From assembly GCA_964005815.1 (NCBI GenBank), contig CAXFSR010000049.1, positions 10,685-74,684 of the forward strand: a stretch of 64,000 nucleotides of DNA, given 5' to 3'. This stretch comes from an uncultured Nitrospinaceae bacterium (lineage in GTDB: Bacteria > UBA8248). A program made the position numbers and the translations under genes. Of this stretch, positions 1-9,400 are shown piece after piece (position 1 is the first letter of the stretch; each line of letters begins with the position of its first letter). Under the pieces are notes generated by a model. It was not told the DNA's origin. It did not search any database and saw only the letters and a list, made by a program, of their open reading frames with translations.

Positions 1-302
1 TGATTATTTGTTCGGGAAGAAATGGAAAATATTGCGAAGAAGATTCAATAGCTTCTGGGCTCTTAATCAACAAAATAACTAGTCTTTGGAACGAAAAAGA
101 ATTCATCTGTTCTGATAGTGCAAAGGCATCTATACATATAGCGAATTTCTACAAAAAAGACATTCATAAAGCATTCCTGAATTGTTCTTGGGGAAAACAC
201 CTGATTCAACTAGGTTTGAAAGAAGATTTAGAATTTTGTTCCAGGACAGACTGGTCAGATGTAGTCCCAAAATTAAAAGATGGAAAGATTATAGCGTCCT
301 AA
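1..302 (+). CDS. comB: 2-phosphosulfolactate phosphatase (ComB family), 3' part only, 5'-truncated by window edge; absent from ORF track
   Basis: Frame from nt 3 is open to TAA at 300-302: IICSGRNGKYCEEDSIASG...CSDSAKAS...SWGKHLIQLGLKEDLEFCSRTDWSDVVP, matching the ComB C-terminal pattern (CxG...ED...G; L..LG...DL.FC...D...VVP). Confidence 0.8.
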   Translation, partial: IICSGRNGKYCEEDSIASGLLINKITSLWNEKEFICSDSAKASIHIANFYKKDIHKAFLNCSWGKHLIQLGLKEDLEFCSRTDWSDVVPKLKDGKIIAS

Positions 303-1108
303 TCTTCTTTACTTTTAAAAATATTTTCTATTATGTTTTTAAAATCTTTTTTAGAATTTTCCATATTAAAGTGTATAAAAAATTCTCTATTCCCTTTAGT
401 TCCAAGAATTGGACTATCAGTAACGTTACATGGAGAAAAACCCAAATCTTTTGATTCTTGCCAGATATTGAACAAAACCTCTTCATGTAATTTCTGATCA
501 CGAACAATTCCACCCTTACCGACTCTATTTTTTCCTACTTCAAACTGTGGTTTCACTAAAGCAACAATTTCATTAGGAAAAGAAATTAGCTTTTGAATCA
601 CTGGAAGAATTTTCATGAGAGAAATGAATGAAACATCAATTACAGCAAATTCAAAATTTAGATCACAATCAGATGAACTCAATATCTGTCTATTTAAATA
701 TCGGGCATTAACTCCTTCTATTATCGTTACCCTACTATCGTTTCTCAAACTCCAGTCGAGCAAACCTTTCCCCACATCAACGCAAACAACATGCGCAGCT
801 TGCCTTTTGAGTAAAACATCCGTAAAACCACCGGTTGACGAACCAACATCCAAACAAGACTTGGAAATAGGATCTATTCTAAAGTAATCTAAGGCATGAA
901 AAAGTTTTTCTCCACCTCTGCTTACAAATTCTCTTTTACTCTCAGTGATGGAAATGGACGAATTTACATCATAGGAATGGCCAACTTTATCTGCTACAAA
1001 ACCGTCAACTTTAATTCTACCAGAAAGAACAAGTCTCTTTGCATGCTCACGACTTTTCACAAAGCCTTTTTCAACGAGAAGTTTATCAATTCTTTCTTTT
1101 TTTTTCAC
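299..1108 (-). CDS. tlyA: TlyA family rRNA (cytidine-2'-O)-methyltransferase
   Basis: N-terminal S4 domain (RIDKLLVEKG...SRE), FVSRGGEKL, DVGSSTGGFTD, IDVSFISL, LVKPQFE, GTKGNREF. GTG start overlaps the dxs stop (GTGA). Confidence 0.95.
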   Translation of the reverse strand: MKKKERIDKLLVEKGFVKSREHAKRLVLSGRIKVDGFVADKVGHSYDVNSSISITESKREFVSRGGEKLFHALDYFRIDPISKSCLDVGSSTGGFTDVLLKRQAAHVVCVDVGKGLLDWSLRNDSRVTIIEGVNARYLNRQILSSSDCDLNFEFAVIDVSFISLMKILPVIQKLISFPNEIVALVKPQFEVGKNRVGKGGIVRDQKLHEEVLFNIWQESKDLGFSPCNVTDSPILGTKGNREFFIHFNMENSKKDFKNIIENIFKSKED

Positions 1109-3015
1109 GAAATAACGCTACGCATGTGATCATCAATATCTATTAGATCGCGTGCAGCTTGAGTTATATCACCCGATGTTAGGCCACAATCTTCTCTTTG
1201 CAAAGCTGGGCTCCCATGAGATATAAAACGATCGGGAATACCAAGGACAGAAACTGGAATATTACTCATCTTATTTTCTGAAAGAATTTCTAAAACACCC
1301 GAACCCATACCACCAATTTTTGTCCCTTCTTCTATTGTTACGATTCTCTTACACAAATTAGCCTGTTCAAGTATTTTTTTCTTGTCCATAGGTTTCACAA
1401 ATCTAAGATTCAGGACTGAAGCTTGAATTCCTATCTCTTCTAATTGTGAGGAAGCCTCGAGTGCAAGTGGAACCATTGGACCTAGAGCAATCAATAGCAC
1501 ATCTCTTCCTTCCCTTAACAACTCTGATTCACCAATTGGAATACTTTTAACCTTATCTTGTAATTCAACACCTAAACCAGAACCTCTACAGAAACGAAGC
1601 GCTGCGGGACCGGGGTATTCTATTGATGTAAGAAGCATACTTTGCAATTCGCTCTCATCCTTTGGAGACATCACGATTGCATTTGGCAAACATCTCAAAT
1701 AGGCTATGTCAAAAGCACCATGATGCGTAGGACCATCTTCTCCGACTAAACCTGCACGATCTATTGCAAAAGTCACAGAAACATTCGTAAGACAAATATC
1801 ATGAACTATCTGATCATAGGCTCTTTGTAAAAAAGTACTATAAATTGCAACAACTGGCTTCATATTCTCTAAAGATAGTCCAGCCGCAAATGTTACACCA
1901 TGCTGTTCACACATTCCGACATCAAAACATCTATCAGGAAAAAGACTCTGATATTCTACTAAAGCTGTTCCTTCCAACATAGCTGCAGTTATTGCCACTA
2001 TCTTTGGATCCTTCTTACTCAATTTAATCATTGTATCCGCAAAAACTTTAGAATAACTTGGAGGGCCTGGTTTCTTTTTCAGAAATTTTCCAGTTTCAGG
2101 ATCAAATTTGGTAACACCATGGTAAGTAATTGGTTCAGCTTCACTATATGGATAACCATGCCCTTTTTTTGTAACTACATGTACTAAATTAGGACCCTTT
2201 AATTTACGAACATTCCGTAAAGCTGGAATTAGCAAATCTAATCTATGACCATCAATTGGACCTATATAACGAAAACCTAATTCTTCAAATAGAATGCCAG
2301 GAACAAATAAATTCTTCATGGAATCTTCAAATCTCGTCATGAAATTAACAGCAGATTCACCAAAAACAGGAAGATGAGAAACAATTTTTTGTATTTCATT
2401 TCTAAACTTCCTTGCGCGATTAGCCCATTCTCCAGTCATAATCCTTGCAAGATAAGAACACATAGCACCAACATTTTTTGAAATACCCATTTTATTATCA
2501 TTTAAGATTACAGTTAGATCTCTCTTAGAATCTCCAGCATTATTTAACGCTTCCATTGACATACCAGATGTAAGACTTCCATCTCCAATAATTGCAACAA
2601 CACTAAAATTTTCTTTACTTAGATCTCTTGCAGTTGCCATTCCAGACGCCGCAGATATCGAAGTACCTCCATGTGCGACATTCATATGATCATATGGACT
2701 TTCTAGTCTATCTGGGAAACCAGCAATTCCTCCCCACTGTCTAAGAGTTTCAAATTCCGTTTTTCTTCCGGTCAATACTTTATGTGCATAAGCCTGGTGA
2801 CCAACATCCCAAATAAGTTTATCGATAGGTGTCTGAAAAACATAATGCAAAGCAACTACTAATTCAGTTGCACCTAAAGATGCCCCCAAGTGTCCACCGG
2901 TTTTAGAAGTAACGCCAACAATAAATTCTCTTAACTCTTCTACTACAGTCTGCAGTTCATCTTCAGATAGTTTTCTGAGATCTTCCGGAGAATCTATTTG
3001 TGCTAGTTTTTTCAC
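1105..3015 (-). CDS. dxs: 1-deoxy-D-xylulose-5-phosphate synthase
   Basis: GGHLGASLG, WDVGHQAYAHK, IGDGSLT...NDN, YSTFLQRAYDQ, DRAGLVGEDGPTHHG. Confidence 0.97.
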   Translation of the reverse strand: MKKLAQIDSPEDLRKLSEDELQTVVEELREFIVGVTSKTGGHLGASLGATELVVALHYVFQTPIDKLIWDVGHQAYAHKVLTGRKTEFETLRQWGGIAGFPDRLESPYDHMNVAHGGTSISAASGMATARDLSKENFSVVAIIGDGSLTSGMSMEALNNAGDSKRDLTVILNDNKMGISKNVGAMCSYLARIMTGEWANRARKFRNEIQKIVSHLPVFGESAVNFMTRFEDSMKNLFVPGILFEELGFRYIGPIDGHRLDLLIPALRNVRKLKGPNLVHVVTKKGHGYPYSEAEPITYHGVTKFDPETGKFLKKKPGPPSYSKVFADTMIKLSKKDPKIVAITAAMLEGTALVEYQSLFPDRCFDVGMCEQHGVTFAAGLSLENMKPVVAIYSTFLQRAYDQIVHDICLTNVSVTFAIDRAGLVGEDGPTHHGAFDIAYLRCLPNAIVMSPKDESELQSMLLTSIEYPGPAALRFCRGSGLGVELQDKVKSIPIGESELLREGRDVLLIALGPMVPLALEASSQLEEIGIQASVLNLRFVKPMDKKKILEQANLCKRIVTIEEGTKIGGMGSGVLEILSENKMSNIPVSVLGIPDRFISHGSPALQREDCGLTSGDITQAARDLIDIDDHMRSVIS

Positions 3016-3090
3016 GATAAAATAATCCTAAAAAAGATACTTGTACATTTAAAAACTAATATTGCAAATTTCAAAAATCACAATTCAGAA

Positions 3091-4017
3091 CTAGAGACTA
3101 CGGAAAACTATAAATTTTGCAAGAGCCTCTAAAGTTTCAGCATCTTTTCCAAAAACTTTCAAAAAACCTAAAGATTTCTCTAATGTAGAATTTGCTATTT
3201 CCTTTGATTTTTCAATACCATACATTGATAAATAAGTAATTTTTCCAGAAGCAAGATCGGAACCAACTGGCTTTCCTAACAAATTCTCATCTCCTTCAAA
3301 ATCAAGTATATCGTCAACAATTTGAAATGCTAATCCAATATACCTACCAAAATTACTCAACGCATTTTGTTCTTCTTCATTAGCACCACCTAATATTCCT
3401 CCTATACAAACAGAAACTCGAATCATTTCAGAAGTCTTGAGCAAATGAATCTGTTCTAAATACTTCGAATCTACTTCAATCGAATCGGCTTTTATATCTA
3501 AATATTGACCACCTACCATTCCTGAAGGACCTGCAGCAGAAGATAAAAGTGAGATAGAATCTATCAATTTGTCTGACCCAAATTTTTTCTTCATTGTATT
3601 GGAAGATATCAATTCAAACGCTTTTGTTAAAAGACCGTCTCCAGAAAGTATAGCCGAAGCCTCTCCAAAAGCTTTATGACTAGTAGGCTTTCCTCTCCTC
3701 AAATCATCATCATCCATTGCGGGCAAATCATCATGGATCAAAGAATAAGAATGAATACATTCTATTGCGCAAGCAGGTATTAATACATCATTAGGATCCC
3801 CTTTTACAGACTCGCATCCAGCTATACACAAAATCGGTCTGATCCTTTTTCCTCCATTTAACAAGCTATACGACATGACTTTATATAATTCAAACGGTTC
3901 AGATTGTTCATTAGTAAATAAGATTCTTAATTGTTCATTCACTAATTCATTCCATTTTTCCATATAACCTAAGACATCAAATGAAGAAGACAAATTACTT
4001 TTCCTCACTTTCTTCAT
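3091..4017 (-). CDS. ispA: Farnesyl/geranyl diphosphate synthase (polyprenyl synthetase)
   Basis: GGKRIRP, HSYSLIHDDLPAMDDDDLRRGKPT, FQIVDDILD; canonical xseB-ispA-dxs order. True start may be a little downstream. Confidence 0.93.
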   Translation of the reverse strand: MKKVRKSNLSSSFDVLGYMEKWNELVNEQLRILFTNEQSEPFELYKVMSYSLLNGGKRIRPILCIAGCESVKGDPNDVLIPACAIECIHSYSLIHDDLPAMDDDDLRRGKPTSHKAFGEASAILSGDGLLTKAFELISSNTMKKKFGSDKLIDSISLLSSAAGPSGMVGGQYLDIKADSIEVDSKYLEQIHLLKTSEMIRVSVCIGGILGGANEEEQNALSNFGRYIGLAFQIVDDILDFEGDENLLGKPVGSDLASGKITYLSMYGIEKSKEIANSTLEKSLGFLKVFGKDAETLEALAKFIVFRSL

Positions 4018-4264
4018 CTAAAGGCTTCATAGAAAATGTGCCATCTTCAGTTATAGTTAGTTCTTCAATTTTTTTCTGAGCAGAATGTAATTGATCCTGC
4101 GTAAACTTAAACAATTTGACCCCTTCCTCATATAAAGCAATTGCATCTTCCAAAGTTAAGTCTCCGTCTTCTAAAGTTCCCACAATTTCCTCTAGTCTAG
4201 AAGATGCATCCTCAAAACTCTTTGGCGAATCAAAAGATGGTTTTTTCTTTTTCGAAGAACTCAT
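3995..4264 (-). CDS. xseB: Exodeoxyribonuclease VII small subunit
   Basis: SFEDASSRLEEIVGTLEDGDLTLEDAIALYEEG; directly after xseA. Confidence 0.95.
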   Translation of the reverse strand: MSSSKKKKPSFDSPKSFEDASSRLEEIVGTLEDGDLTLEDAIALYEEGVKLFKFTQDQLHSAQKKIEELTITEDGTFSMKPLDEESEEK

Positions 4265-5655
4265 TGTGTTTCTCCTTTTTGATTTGTTTTTTCAACCCTA
4301 CAATCTAATTCTCCATCCGACAATTTAATTTGAAGCAATTCTTGATTCTCTACTTGTCGAATACTACGAATGAGCGAATTGTCTTTTGCCCGATAGGTCA
4401 AACTATATCCGCGTGCCAAAATTGATATTGGGGAAACAGATTCAAGTCTAAGAATTAAATTTTCCACTTCTAAGTTCTTTACAAAGAATATTTTTTCAAT
4501 ACTAATTTTAATTTTCTCAAAATATTCCTCAATTGTTTTTACTTTACTTGAATGAAGACTCAAAGGAGAAACAACTCTAAGTCTAGGCAAAATCGAAAAA
4601 GCACGATTCGTAAAACCTGATAGGACATACTTAGTTTCTTTTGAAAGACTTTCAAAGAGCATATCAACTTTTTGCTGCAGTTCCTGAATAAACAAAGCGG
4701 GTTCTTCTAATATTTTTATTCTCTCATAAAATGCAACTTCATCTTTTCTGTTCTTTAGGAACATTTTAACGTATCGTTCCATCTCAGAAGGAAATCTCAT
4801 AAAACGTTCTAAAAAAACATCCCAGTTGCTACATACTTTCTCAGCGGCTGCCGTAGGTGTTGAAGAAAAATCATCTGATACTAAATCAGAAAGCGAACTA
4901 TCCACTTCATGACCAATGGCCGTTAAAATTGGAATACTGCAGTTGGCAATGGCGCGAATAACTATCTCATCATTAAATGCACTGAGATCTTCATTACTAC
5001 CTCCACCTCTAGAAAGGATTATTAAGTCAGCAGGAGAATTTATTCTATTATTTTCTTCAGCAACCTGAATGGCTCTTTCGATAGATCTTGGAGCATATTC
5101 TCCTTGCACAAGTGTATGGATGATTGTTAGTTCCACAAAAGGAATACGCATTGACAAAATTGGAAGCATGTCACGTAAGGCTGCTCCTTCACGACTGGTA
5201 ACCAAAATAATTCTTCCTGGTCTTATTGGAAGGACTTTTTTCCTTTCCTTGGAAAAAAGTCCTTCCAATTCTAATTTCTCTCTTAGTTGTCTAAACTTTA
5301 CATCTAAAATTCCTTCTCCTAATGGTTCCAAAGAGAAAACAGACAATTGGAACCTACCCTCCCGCTCAAAAAGAGTCACGCTACACTTAACCAAAACTCT
5401 CATCCCGACTTCAGGAATAAAATCAAGTGATTTTCTTCTACCTGCAAACATAACAGCATTTATTTTTGAATTAGAATCCTTTAAAACAAGATATGCATGA
5501 TTCGATGGATATACCTTCCAACTTGAAATCTCACCTTCAACCAAAATATTGCTGAATTCTTGCTCAAGATGACCACGAACTTTCGAATTAAGTTGAGAAA
5601 CCGTATAGATTTGATCTGACATTGTTTTCGTGGAACCCAATAAATCAATGTTCAA
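4261..5655 (-). CDS. xseA: Exodeoxyribonuclease VII large subunit
   Basis: TVSQLN, VEGEIS, HAYLVLKD, RGGGSNEDL, AIGHEVD, TPTAAAE, ILARGYS. ATG at 5622 (MSDQIY) is an alternative start. Confidence 0.95.
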   Translation of the reverse strand: MNIDLLGSTKTMSDQIYTVSQLNSKVRGHLEQEFSNILVEGEISSWKVYPSNHAYLVLKDSNSKINAVMFAGRRKSLDFIPEVGMRVLVKCSVTLFEREGRFQLSVFSLEPLGEGILDVKFRQLREKLELEGLFSKERKKVLPIRPGRIILVTSREGAALRDMLPILSMRIPFVELTIIHTLVQGEYAPRSIERAIQVAEENNRINSPADLIILSRGGGSNEDLSAFNDEIVIRAIANCSIPILTAIGHEVDSSLSDLVSDDFSSTPTAAAEKVCSNWDVFLERFMRFPSEMERYVKMFLKNRKDEVAFYERIKILEEPALFIQELQQKVDMLFESLSKETKYVLSGFTNRAFSILPRLRVVSPLSLHSSKVKTIEEYFEKIKISIEKIFFVKNLEVENLILRLESVSPISILARGYSLTYRAKDNSLIRSIRQVENQELLQIKLSDGELDCRVEKTNQKGETQ

Positions 5656-5667
5656 AAAATTCTTCCT

Positions 5668-6549
5668 TTAAGTCACTGAAATATGATTTTCAAATGCATT
5701 CACTGTATTAACCATTAACATAGATATAGTCATGGGACCAACACCTCCGGGTACTGGAGTTATAGCCGAAACTTTTCCCATCAGTGATGCAAAATCACAA
5801 TCTCCTACCAATTTATCATCTAGTCTGTTTGTCCCAACGTCAACAACTATAGCTCCTTCCTTCACCATCTCTGCACTCACAAAATTTGCTCTACCAACTG
5901 CAGCGATTAATATATCTGCACTTTTCGTTACCTCACCAATTTTTTCTGTCCTAGAATGACAAATAGTTACGGTCGCATTCTCATGTAACATAAGAATGGA
6001 TAATGGAAGACCGACGATTTTACTCCTTCCAATTATAACAACATTTTTTCCTTCCATTTGAAAACCATAGAATTTCAATATTTCAAGTACCCCAGCGGGA
6101 GTACAAGATTTAGGCCCTGGTTGCTTTAAAGATAATTTCCCGAAATTTTCACTATGAAAAACATCAACATCTTTTAATGGATCAACTTTCTTAAGGATTT
6201 CTGTTTCATCAAAAGTTGAAGGAAGAGGGAGTTGAACAAGTATACCGTCAATTTTTGAATCCTGATTTAGTTTTTCTATTAAATCAGATAGTTCTTGAAA
6301 AGAAACATCAGAAGACAATCTATAGTCGTACGTTTCTATCCCAATTTTATCAGCCATTTTACCTTTTAGACGTACGTATACCTGAGATGCAGGGTCTTCC
6401 CCAACTAATATAACCGCTAAACCAGGAGATCTACCAGAAGATTTTTTTAATCTTTCAATTCTTGAAACGAGAACTTTTATTATTTTGTCTGATACCGGTT
6501 TGCCTTTCATTATTAACGTGTCTATCTTTTTATTCATTTTTGTTGGCAC
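5668..6549 (-). CDS. folD: Bifunctional methylenetetrahydrofolate dehydrogenase/cyclohydrolase
   Basis: PGLAVILVGEDPASQVY, GILVQLPLP, KDVD, IGRSKIVGLP, TPVPGGVGPMT. Confidence 0.97.
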   Translation of the reverse strand: MPTKMNKKIDTLIMKGKPVSDKIIKVLVSRIERLKKSSGRSPGLAVILVGEDPASQVYVRLKGKMADKIGIETYDYRLSSDVSFQELSDLIEKLNQDSKIDGILVQLPLPSTFDETEILKKVDPLKDVDVFHSENFGKLSLKQPGPKSCTPAGVLEILKFYGFQMEGKNVVIIGRSKIVGLPLSILMLHENATVTICHSRTEKIGEVTKSADILIAAVGRANFVSAEMVKEGAIVVDVGTNRLDDKLVGDCDFASLMGKVSAITPVPGGVGPMTISMLMVNTVNAFENHISVT

Positions 6550-6587
6550 CTCTAAATAATTTTAGCTTCTTATATTCTGTGTAATTT

Positions 6588-6596
6588 TGTTATACT
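6588..6596 (+). promoter_or_regulatory. Candidate extended -10 promoter element upstream of cysE
   Basis: TG-T-TATACT at 6588-6596, about 100 nt upstream of the cysE ATG in the divergent folD/cysE intergenic region. The AT-rich context makes a chance match possible. Confidence 0.3.
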
Positions 6597-6697
6597 ACAT
6601 TTGGTGGAGAAAAAAACAAATTGCTTTAACAATTCAAACCCCTTACAAAAAAGTAAGAGAAGAAAACTAGCTACGTAGTTTCTAAATTAAGGGAAAA

Positions 6698-7366
6698 ATG
6701 AAAAATTTTATATATGCAATTCAAACCGATTTAGACGCCGCATTTGCAAGAGATCCTGCTGTTAATAGTAAGATAGAAATTATTCTCTGTTATCCTGGAT
6801 TTCACGCAATATTTATTCATCGTATTTCGCACTTCATTTTCAAAAAAGGATTAAAGTTAATTCCGCGATTTTTAAGTCATATAGGTAGACTACTTACAGG
6901 AATTGAAATTCATCCGGGAGCACAGATAGACATAGGGTTTTTTATAGACCATGGGATGGGAGTTGTAATTGGAGAAACCTCTGTTATCGGAAAGAACTGC
7001 ACAATTTATCATGGCGTAACTCTTGGGGGCGTAAGCCTAAAAAAAGAGAAAAGGCACCCTACTCTCGAAGATAATGTTTTAGTTGGAGTAGGGGCACGTA
7101 TACTTGGACCACATATAATAGGCAAAAACAGTAGAATAGGGGCAGGGTCAGTAGTTATTTCTGATGTCCCTCCGGATTGCACAGTTATAGGAGTTCCTGC
7201 ACGGATTGTTTCAGGATTAAGAAAGGAACCCAATCAAAAACAACAAGAAACTTCTTTTGAACACGACGAACTTCCAGATCCTATACAAAATTCTATTCAA
7301 AATTTAGAAAAAAGAATACAAGACCTTGAAAAAAGAACGAAAGATGAGGAGGCTCCTGGTTTATGA
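6698..7366 (+). CDS. cysE: Serine O-acetyltransferase
   Basis: RDPA, YPGFHA, GIEIHPGA, FFIDHGMGVVIGET, KRHPT, hexapeptide repeats. Confidence 0.96.
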   Translation: MKNFIYAIQTDLDAAFARDPAVNSKIEIILCYPGFHAIFIHRISHFIFKKGLKLIPRFLSHIGRLLTGIEIHPGAQIDIGFFIDHGMGVVIGETSVIGKNCTIYHGVTLGGVSLKKEKRHPTLEDNVLVGVGARILGPHIIGKNSRIGAGSVVISDVPPDCTVIGVPARIVSGLRKEPNQKQQETSFEHDELPDPIQNSIQNLEKRIQDLEKRTKDEEAPGL

Positions 7367-8520
7367 AAAGAATTTATTTAGACCACAACTCTACAACACC
7401 TATACGTCCTGAAGTGATCAAAATTGCAGAACCTTTCATTACAAATTTTTACGGAAATCCAAGTAGTGTTCACTCTTTTGGAAGAGAAACCAGAGAAGCA
7501 ATAGAAAATTCCCGTATTAAAATAGCATCGACAATAAATGCTTCTGATCCAAATGAGATTTTTTTTACTTCTGGTGGAACTGAGAGTGACAATCTCGCAA
7601 TTAGAGGAGTTTTTAATAATCAAGAATCAAAATCACATATTATTACAACTCAAATTGAACATAATGCCGTTTTAGATACTTGCAATCACCTTAGTAGCGA
7701 AAGATCGTTAGAAGTAACCTATATAAAACCGGACAAAGATGGTTTAGTGTCTTCGAAAAGAATCAAAGATGCAGTGAAAAAAAACACAAAATTAATATCC
7801 GTAATTTTGGGAAATAATGAAATAGGTACTATTCAACCAATTTCTGAAATTTCAACATTTTGTAAAAATTTGGGGATATTATTTCATACAGACGCGGTAC
7901 AAGCAGTTGGAAAAATGAAAATAGATGTGCAAAAAGATAACATAGATTTATTATCTGGAAGTGGTCACAAAATTAATGCTCCAAAAGGTATTGGTTTCCT
8001 TTATGCAAGAAAAAACACTCCACTTAATGCAATTCTAACTGGAGGTGGCCAAGAACAAAACATAAGATCGGGTACCGAAAATGTAGCTGGAATAGTTGCA
8101 CTAGGTGAAGCATGCAAAATTTTAGATACAGAAGGAAATGAGCTTTGGGGTAATGTTTTAAAATTGAGAGATAGATTAGAAAATGAGATTTGTGAAAAGA
8201 TTCCTGATGTTGAAATCATTGGACACAAGACTCAACGTCTTCCTGGAACATCAAATATCGCGTTCTCAAATGCTGAAGGAGAAACTTTATTAATCAGACT
8301 AGATCTTGAAGGGATAGCTGTAAGTACAGGTGCAGCCTGCAGCTCTGGATCAACTGAACCTAGTCATGTTTTACTTTCAATGGATCTGCCACAAAATCTT
8401 GTTCGTGGTTCTCTTCGTTTTAGTCTGGGTTGGGGAAGTACTGATGAAGATATAGATTATTTAATGGATAAATTACCTTCTGCAGTTAAAAAGGTTAGAG
8501 AAATTGCGCCAAAGAATTAG
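7363..8520 (+). CDS. iscS: Cysteine desulfurase (IscS/NifS, group I)
   Basis: IYLDHNSTTP, FTSGGTESDN, HTDAVQ, SGHK (PLP Lys), RSGTEN, STGAACSS (catalytic Cys). ATGA overlap with cysE. Confidence 0.93.
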   Translation: MKRIYLDHNSTTPIRPEVIKIAEPFITNFYGNPSSVHSFGRETREAIENSRIKIASTINASDPNEIFFTSGGTESDNLAIRGVFNNQESKSHIITTQIEHNAVLDTCNHLSSERSLEVTYIKPDKDGLVSSKRIKDAVKKNTKLISVILGNNEIGTIQPISEISTFCKNLGILFHTDAVQAVGKMKIDVQKDNIDLLSGSGHKINAPKGIGFLYARKNTPLNAILTGGGQEQNIRSGTENVAGIVALGEACKILDTEGNELWGNVLKLRDRLENEICEKIPDVEIIGHKTQRLPGTSNIAFSNAEGETLLIRLDLEGIAVSTGAACSSGSTEPSHVLLSMDLPQNLVRGSLRFSLGWGSTDEDIDYLMDKLPSAVKKVREIAPKN

Positions 8521-8543
8521 TTCTAAATTACTAAAGGTAAAAA

Positions 8544-8924
8544 ATGAATAATAGCAACTATCATTATAATTCTATTGTATTGTCACATATTGCATCGCCT
8601 CAAAATGTTGGTATTTTAGAGGACCCTAACTATTTAGGAAAAGGAACTAATCCCTCTTGTGGCGATGAGGTAGAATTGTATATCAAAACAAATGGAGAAA
8701 AGATTATTGACGCTAAAATTAAAATCCTTGGGTGTGGAGCAATTACAGCTTCAATGAGTCTACTAAGTAATTTACTTATAGGTAAATCAATCCAAGATGC
8801 AAAAAAAATATCCTCCGAAGATATTGAAAGAAACTTAGGAGGACTTCCTAAACACAAACAGCATTGTTCTAAATTAGCATGTAGAGTCCTCCAAAACGCT
8901 TTTGATAAATCAGAAAATGAATAA
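8544..8924 (+). CDS. iscU: Fe-S cluster scaffold, IscU/NifU N-terminal type
   Basis: Three conserved Cys in NPSCGD, GCGAITAS and KQHCS; follows the cysteine desulfurase. Confidence 0.88.
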   Translation: MNNSNYHYNSIVLSHIASPQNVGILEDPNYLGKGTNPSCGDEVELYIKTNGEKIIDAKIKILGCGAITASMSLLSNLLIGKSIQDAKKISSEDIERNLGGLPKHKQHCSKLACRVLQNAFDKSENE

Positions 8925-9384
8925 AATATTAGAAAATCCTATGCAAATTCAAATCATTAAGAAAGACCCTATAGAAGGTTCAGGCATTTCTACATATGGA
9001 GATACCACACCTGAGAAAGTAGGACTATTAAGAGGTCAATTTCTTAAACTAATCGGTCATTTACAAATCTTGGACGGAGATTGTTATGGAGTCCTATCAC
9101 CTAACGATAGTTACAAAACTTTTTTGCCAAAAAAGTATCTTTATTCAAATATTGAAAATTTTACTACAATCCAAATTAAATCCAACTTATATGCGATAGG
9201 AATTCATGAAGGAAGTTACCGAAATTTACCTCAATCACAGGAGAAAATTTTGAAAAATATTAAGGAAAAAGGTCTTGAAAAAACGGATGACCCTATAGTC
9301 CACCGCTTCATGAATGATCCTAGAAAAACTACAGTCCAAGAACTCAGAACAGAAATATGGATAGGAATAATCCAGAAAAATTAG
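8917..9384 (+). CDS. Stand-alone GyrI-like small-molecule-binding domain protein
   Basis: C-terminal HEGSYRNL...RFMNDP...QELRTEIWI resembles the GyrI-like/effector-binding domain. ATG at 8917 is preferred over the track TTG at 8902. Confidence 0.7.
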   Translation: MNKILENPMQIQIIKKDPIEGSGISTYGDTTPEKVGLLRGQFLKLIGHLQILDGDCYGVLSPNDSYKTFLPKKYLYSNIENFTTIQIKSNLYAIGIHEGSYRNLPQSQEKILKNIKEKGLEKTDDPIVHRFMNDPRKTTVQELRTEIWIGIIQKN

Positions 9385-9400
9385 AACCTATCAATAAACA

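Noticed and set aside
182..513. Track ORFs 182..454 (+) and 331..513 (-)
   Set aside because: Out-of-frame or antisense shadows of comB and tlyA; no recognisable motifs.
6661..6683. Short inverted repeat (AAACTA...TAGTTT around CTACGTAG) upstream of cysE
   Set aside because: Too short and AT-rich to distinguish from chance; no cognate regulator nearby.
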